Of a stretch of DNA of 64,000 bases, positions 58,919 to 64,000 are shown piece after piece; the first letter of the stretch is position 1; each line of letters opens with the position of its first letter. The stretch is from Octopus vulgaris (Eukaryota). The notes under the pieces are model-generated. The model did not search any database. It saw only the letters and a program-made list of their open reading frames with translations, and had not been told where the DNA came from. The stretch lies in contig OX597832.1 of assembly GCA_951406725.2 (NCBI GenBank), positions 49,476,001 through 49,540,000 of the forward strand, read 5' to 3'. The position numbers and the translations under genes are program-made.

Positions 58919-59485
58919 CAAACATCTTTAAAAAAAGACGGCGATATCCATTTGTTCCGCTTCTCTTTCATGAATCTTTTAGATAAATGATTGGCTGAGA
59001 CATCTAAAGACAACGAATGACTGGTTGTCCCTCCTGGTATTTCAGCTGAGTCTTAAATTTATCGAAATAAAGACTTTCAACAAGCTCGATTCTACTGACA
59101 CGAAGCCGGTTCGAAACTTATAAGGCAGATTTCCACCAGGATGCGTCAATGACATTTTAGCCACAGTTTCTTTCCCCCAATCCTCACCGTTCATCCAAAT
59201 AGTCTTTTTCATGAACATAAAATAAGCTCCGTTGAGTATTTTTTTTCTTAATATAACGTTTTTCTATTAAATATTAGAAATGGCGCTAGTTTTGTGCAGT
59301 GAATCTTCTTATAACCACAGAATTTAATAAACAGCTTTGGACACAACCGACTTGTTTGATGGTATTGCATACATCAAAGAGACATCGTCCATATTTGCTA
59401 TCTGAGGAATTCTCTCAGCAAATATTTTTTCTCTGTGTAATATTTCTACAATATTTTCCTTCATTTTTCTTTATAAATTCTCTTT

Positions 59486-60148
59486 AGGCATGGCTGTGTG
59501 GTTAAGAAGCTCGCTTTGCAACCATGAAGTTTTGGATTCAGTTCCAAAGCACGGGACCTTGAATAAGTGTCATATATATACTCTCTTTACTCTTTTACTC
59601 TTTTACTTGTTTCAGTCATTTCACTGCGGCCATGCTGGAGCACCGCCTTTAATCGAGCAACTCGACCCCGGGACTTATTCTTTGTAAGCCCAGTACTTAT
59701 TCTATCGGTCCCTTTTGCCGAACTGCTAAGTGACAGGGACGTAAACACACCAGCATCGGTTGTCAAGCGATGTTGGGGGGATGGACAAACACAGACACAC
59801 AAACACATACACACACACACATATATATATATACATATATACGACAGGCTTCTTTCAGTTTCCATATTCCAAATCCACTCACAAGGCATTGGTCGGCCCG
59901 AGGCTATAGCAGAAGACACTTGCCCAAGATGCCACGCAGTGGGACTGAACCCGGAACCATGTGGTTGGTTAGCAAGCTACTTACCACACAGCCACTCCTG
60001 CGCCTATATGACGGGCTTCTTTTCAATTTCCGTCTCCAAATCTACTCACAAGCCTTTGGCCGGCCGAGGCTGTATAGAAGACACTTTCCTAAGGTGCCAT
60101 GCAGTAGGACTGAACCAGGAAGCAAGCTTCTTACCACACAGCCACGAC
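59486..60148. mobile_element. SINE family A cluster (+ head 59486-59570; - full 59583-60006; - 5' half 60009-60148)
   Basis: Match to the consensus. Confidence 0.88.
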
Positions 60149-60539
60149 TGTGGATTATTATAATGTTGATCCACTACAAATTATCGATGTCCCTATCCGT
60201 CGCTGTTTTAATCTTGATAGGCGAATAATGATTTTATTATCGCCCATGGGTTCTATTCTTCCTTTGGCCACTTAAAAAATTTACCATTACGGAGAGAGTG
60301 TTTTAGTATGTCTAGCGGGTTGCAGATGATTTTATTGTTTCTTCTGACACCTTAGCGTTTTATTAGTTGTTGATAGATCAAATACTGCTGCTAAGATAAC
60401 CTATCACCATGTTCTTTCGCGTAAACTACAACATCGAGCTTAGATATAACATTGTAACACATTATAACACTGCCTTCATTGCTTTTGAGCCGTGAGTTTG
60501 AACTCAGCAAGAAATTTACTTTAAGTCAAGTATAAGTAT

Positions 60540-60873
60540 TAGAGAGATGTACTTGCATAGCAAGTGATTTGATCTGAGATCGTGTGCTGAAACGAAAACA
60601 ATTGCAGCGTGGAAGGTGTTTGTAAGCCATTCAAGAAACACACAAAAGCCGTTCGATTCACTTCAACATTTAAGTTTAATTTGTCAAAATATTTTCGTCG
60701 CTTTAAGACCGCGACCTGTTCACTGACAAAAGATGCAGCACGAATTTTTGTCAGTGAACAGGTCGCGGTTTTTAAGCGACGAAAATATTTTGACAAATTA
60801 ATCTTAAATGTTGGAGTGAATCGAACGGCTTTTGTGTGTTTCTTAAATGGCTTACAAACACCTTCCACGCTGC
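60540..60873. mobile_element. fold-back PLE-like element with ~128-bp inverted arms
   Basis: 60604-60731 versus 60746-60873, about 5 mismatches, 14-nt spacer. Confidence 0.8.
60747..60797 (+). ncRNA. hammerhead-topology motif with swapped G3:C8 core (mirror copy 60680-60730 on -)
   Basis: tttgtca GTGAACA G GTCGC loop GCGAC GAAA ATA TTT tgacaaa. Confidence 0.55.
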
Positions 60874-61464
60874 TGCATAAATATTAGAGCAATACCGAAA
60901 TCCAACCCCCACCTCTGATCAGAGCAGCTGTGTTTGGGTGATGCTTCGTTATATTTTTTAGTAAAGAGAATCACTAACAGAATGTGCGACTATTTTTAAC
61001 TGTAATCTTTCTGTGTTGCAAAAATTTGCCACCAGGGTGTAGCAGCTTAGCAGCATATAAGCAGCACAGTAGCATAGCGGCATCGTTATTGTTTTGACGT
61101 CAGCCGACTGCATTGTAGCGAACTGGCGACTGAAGTTGTCAACCAGCATCCCTTTAATCATTCTAGGAACATTTTTCATTTAGCAGTAGATAACGAATGT
61201 TTCTTAAAGGTAACACCAACGTTAAATGCTGTATCGTGTATATCTGGTTGGTGTTATCTATACCAGGGAAGGAGGTACACTGTAAATTGATGTAATCCTC
61301 CCTCTGCCTTTAGCTGTTAATGTTTCTGTAAACTATTACATAGGTGTTTTACGAATTTGTTATATTTTTTTACTAATAGATTGATGGTTTAGTTAAGTAC
61401 TGGGGTGCATTTAAATTCCAGAATCAGTTTAATGGTTTTGTATCCATTCTTTTGTTCTTTTATT

Positions 61465-61882
61465 CTTCTACTTGTTTCAATCATTTGACTGCAGCCATGC
61501 TGGGCCACGGCCAGGACTTACTCTTTGTAAGTCTAGTACTTATTCTATCGGTTCTATTTTTGCCGAACCGCTAAGTACCGGGGGACATAAACGCACCAAC
61601 ATCTGTTGTCGAAATATGGATGGGTAGGGGACAAACACAAGCAAAAAACATATAAATACACACACACACACACACTCACATATATATAGGGAGAGTTCAC
61701 GAAAAAAACAAAAGACGAAGACAGGTGGTGTACAAAACACATGTATAACGCCCAGGAATTGAAAAAGTCTTTTACGTTTCGAGCCTACGCTCTTCTACAG
61801 AAAGGGACACAGAAAAAAACAAGGAGAGAAACAAGGAGAGAAAAAAATGTGTAGTGGCTACCAATCTATCATATATATGTCT

Positions 61883-61963
<81 letters not shown>

Positions 61964-62062
61964 ACACACGACGGGCTTCTTTCAGTTACAATCTACTAAA
62001 ACCTCTCACAAGGATTTCGTCGGCCCACAATGGAAATGAACCCGGAACCATGTGGTTGGAAA
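61465..62062 (-). mobile_element. old SINE family A interrupted by a PLE-like HHR element (61688-61872) in its internal microsatellite
   Basis: The SINE halves flank the insert; the CTGTAGA motif lies at 61769-61804 (-). Confidence 0.75.
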
Positions 62063-62274
62063 GCTTATCGGCATTTCGTCCGTTTTTAAGTTCTGAATTC
62101 AAATTCCGCTGAAGTTGACTTTATTTATCATCCTTCGGGTTCGATAAAATAAGTAGCATTCAGTACAGGGACCCAGGAATTGGGTTTAGCTCCACTCACC
62201 AAAATTTCAGGCATTGTGTCTGCAATAGAAAGCATTAGAGAGGATTACAGATAGAAGACTAAGAAGGATAGCTT

Positions 62275-63315
62275 CGATGATGATGATGATGGTGGTGGTG
62301 GTGGTGGTGGTGGTGGTGGGTGGTGGTGGTGGTGGTGGTGGTAAGGTAGGTGGTAGTTGTGGTGGTGGCAATAATGTTGGTGGTGCTGGTGATGATGATG
62401 ATGATGGGGGTAGTGGTGGTGGTCGTAGTGGTGGCGGTTGTGGTGACGATGGTGGTAGCGATAATAATGGGGGGATGATGGTGTGGTGGTGGTGGTGGTG
62501 GTGGTGGTGGTAATGGTGGTGAGGATGATGGTAGTGATAATGATGATGAGGATGAGGGGATTATAATGTGATAGTGGTGGTGCTAGTGATGGTGATTATG
62601 ATGTTGATGATGATGATGAGGAGGAGGAGGAGGAGGCAGAGGAGTTGGAGGTAGAGGAGAAGAAGGTAGAGGAGGAGGTTGAAGAGGGGGATGACTGGAA
62701 TGTAGAAAGAGGTGGGGTTGAAGCCTCAGGAACTGGTCGTGGCGGTTAAATGTAACCCATGCTCCCACAAAACTATTTAAGAAAGTTTCCCGCCAGCGAA
62801 CAGACTCCAATTATCATAAGGGCCCAAGTCCTTTATTCAAGTCATTAAGTTTTATACGCTCCAATATCGTTATGGCAGATGTCGAAGTGACATTGATTAG
62901 CAATGTTAATGAACACTTTTGCTAAACACTCGAACAATTTCATTATTAGATTCGTGTTCGTAATTAACACGGTTTTCTGCTATTATATAACACCATTTTG
63001 TCGTAGCCGGTGGTGGTGGTGGTGGTGGTGGTGGTAGTAGTAGTAGTAGTAGCAGCAGTGGTGGTGGTGGTGGAGCGGCGGTGGCGGTGATGGTGGTCCT
63101 AATTGCAGTGGTGGTGGTGGTGGTGGTGGTGGGTGGTGGTGGTGGTGGTGGTGGTGATGGTGGTGGTGGTGGTAGCAGTAGTGGTGGTGGTGGAGAGGTG
63201 GTGGTGGAGAGGCGGTGGCGGTAGTGGTCATGATATATGACACCATTTTATTGTTACTAATATTGGCCGCAGTGGTGGCAGTGGTCTTAATTGCAGTGGT
63301 GGTGGTGGTGGTGGG
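62275..63315. repeat. degenerate (GGT)n/(GAT)n/(GGA)n repeats around a unique 300-bp island
   Basis: Directly visible. Confidence 0.85.
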
Positions 63316-63529
63316 TTTTTTTTCTAAACGGAAATAAAATACCAGACTAAACAATAAATGGTTTATAGTTTCATTTAATAATAAGAGTACTTAGACATAG
63401 CCATCAACAGTTAAGTAAGGAATTAATAGATTTAGTGCAGTTAGCCAAAAGAAGAAAAAAATCTTTACCTAACTACAATTACGTCATCATCATCATCCCT
63501 GACTATTACTGTCGACCCTAATCTTAAGG

Positions 63530-63760
63530 CTCCTAGGACCGGTTGCCTGGTTTTCATGGCGAAAAATCTACCGAGATCACAATATTCTTGAACGGAACGC
63601 TAGTCTGTTGCAAGGATGCTCATTTGTGGCTGAGTGAACTAAAACAACGTGAAATGAAGTGGTTTTACTCAAGAACACAATGCCACCTCCCGGTCCGGTA
63701 ACCGAAACAACAATCTTGCGATCGGAAGTGCAATGCCCCAATCACAAAACCATATGCTTT
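63530..63760 (-). mobile_element. diverged SINE family D
   Basis: Shares GCTGAGTGAACT..CAACGTGAAAT..CTCAAGAACACAA with 9790-9840. Confidence 0.7.
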
Positions 63761-64000
63761 CATAATTACAACCGCAATGAAAATTCAACAGCCATTAGAG
63801 CTGGTATAGGCAAGGAAGATAATTCCAACATCCAAATAGATTTAAACATTCAATGAAAGTATGTAGTGAGGAATGAGTCTGATCAATTTGAATTTCGGAG
63901 TTATCACCCTTGCTTTTGGGGGGAAGAAGTAGCATTAACGTTAAGAATTTTTCATCTTTCGTTATGTAAATTTAATTGTATAAAATTTATAGGATTGCTC

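Noticed and set aside
59090-59130. Additional HHR-like remnants (also about 19345 and 42862)
   Set aside because: The core or cleavage triplet is too degenerate to call.
60539-60887. Mirror-image ORFs on both strands
   Set aside because: They are a by-product of the inverted repeat, with no recognisable protein.

Overview
This is an AT-rich, repeat-saturated metazoan intronic or intergenic window. The SINE and microsatellite repertoire looks like an octopus (coleoid cephalopod) genome; that is an inference from recalled repeat families and was not verified. No intact protein-coding gene is evident, and nearly all listed ORFs are microsatellite translations. The window holds dozens of copies of about four tRNA-derived SINE families, (TAA)n-targeting R4/Dong-type LINE remnants, Tc1/mariner/piggyBac relics and MITEs, and many short Penelope-like (PLE) fragments. 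The main finding is about 14 minimal type I hammerhead-ribozyme (HHR) motifs in the PLE-like pieces. Their catalytic cores show covariation of the 3:8 pair: canonical C3:G8, U3:A8, and an unusual G3:C8 present twice in a 128-bp-arm fold-back. Family-fixed U4C and A6U core variants also occur. Other findings are two possibly paralogous 46-nt start-codon exons, modular SINE tail swapping, a self-nested piggyBac-type MITE, a tandem array built from a mariner HTH-coding segment, and many inverted repeats.
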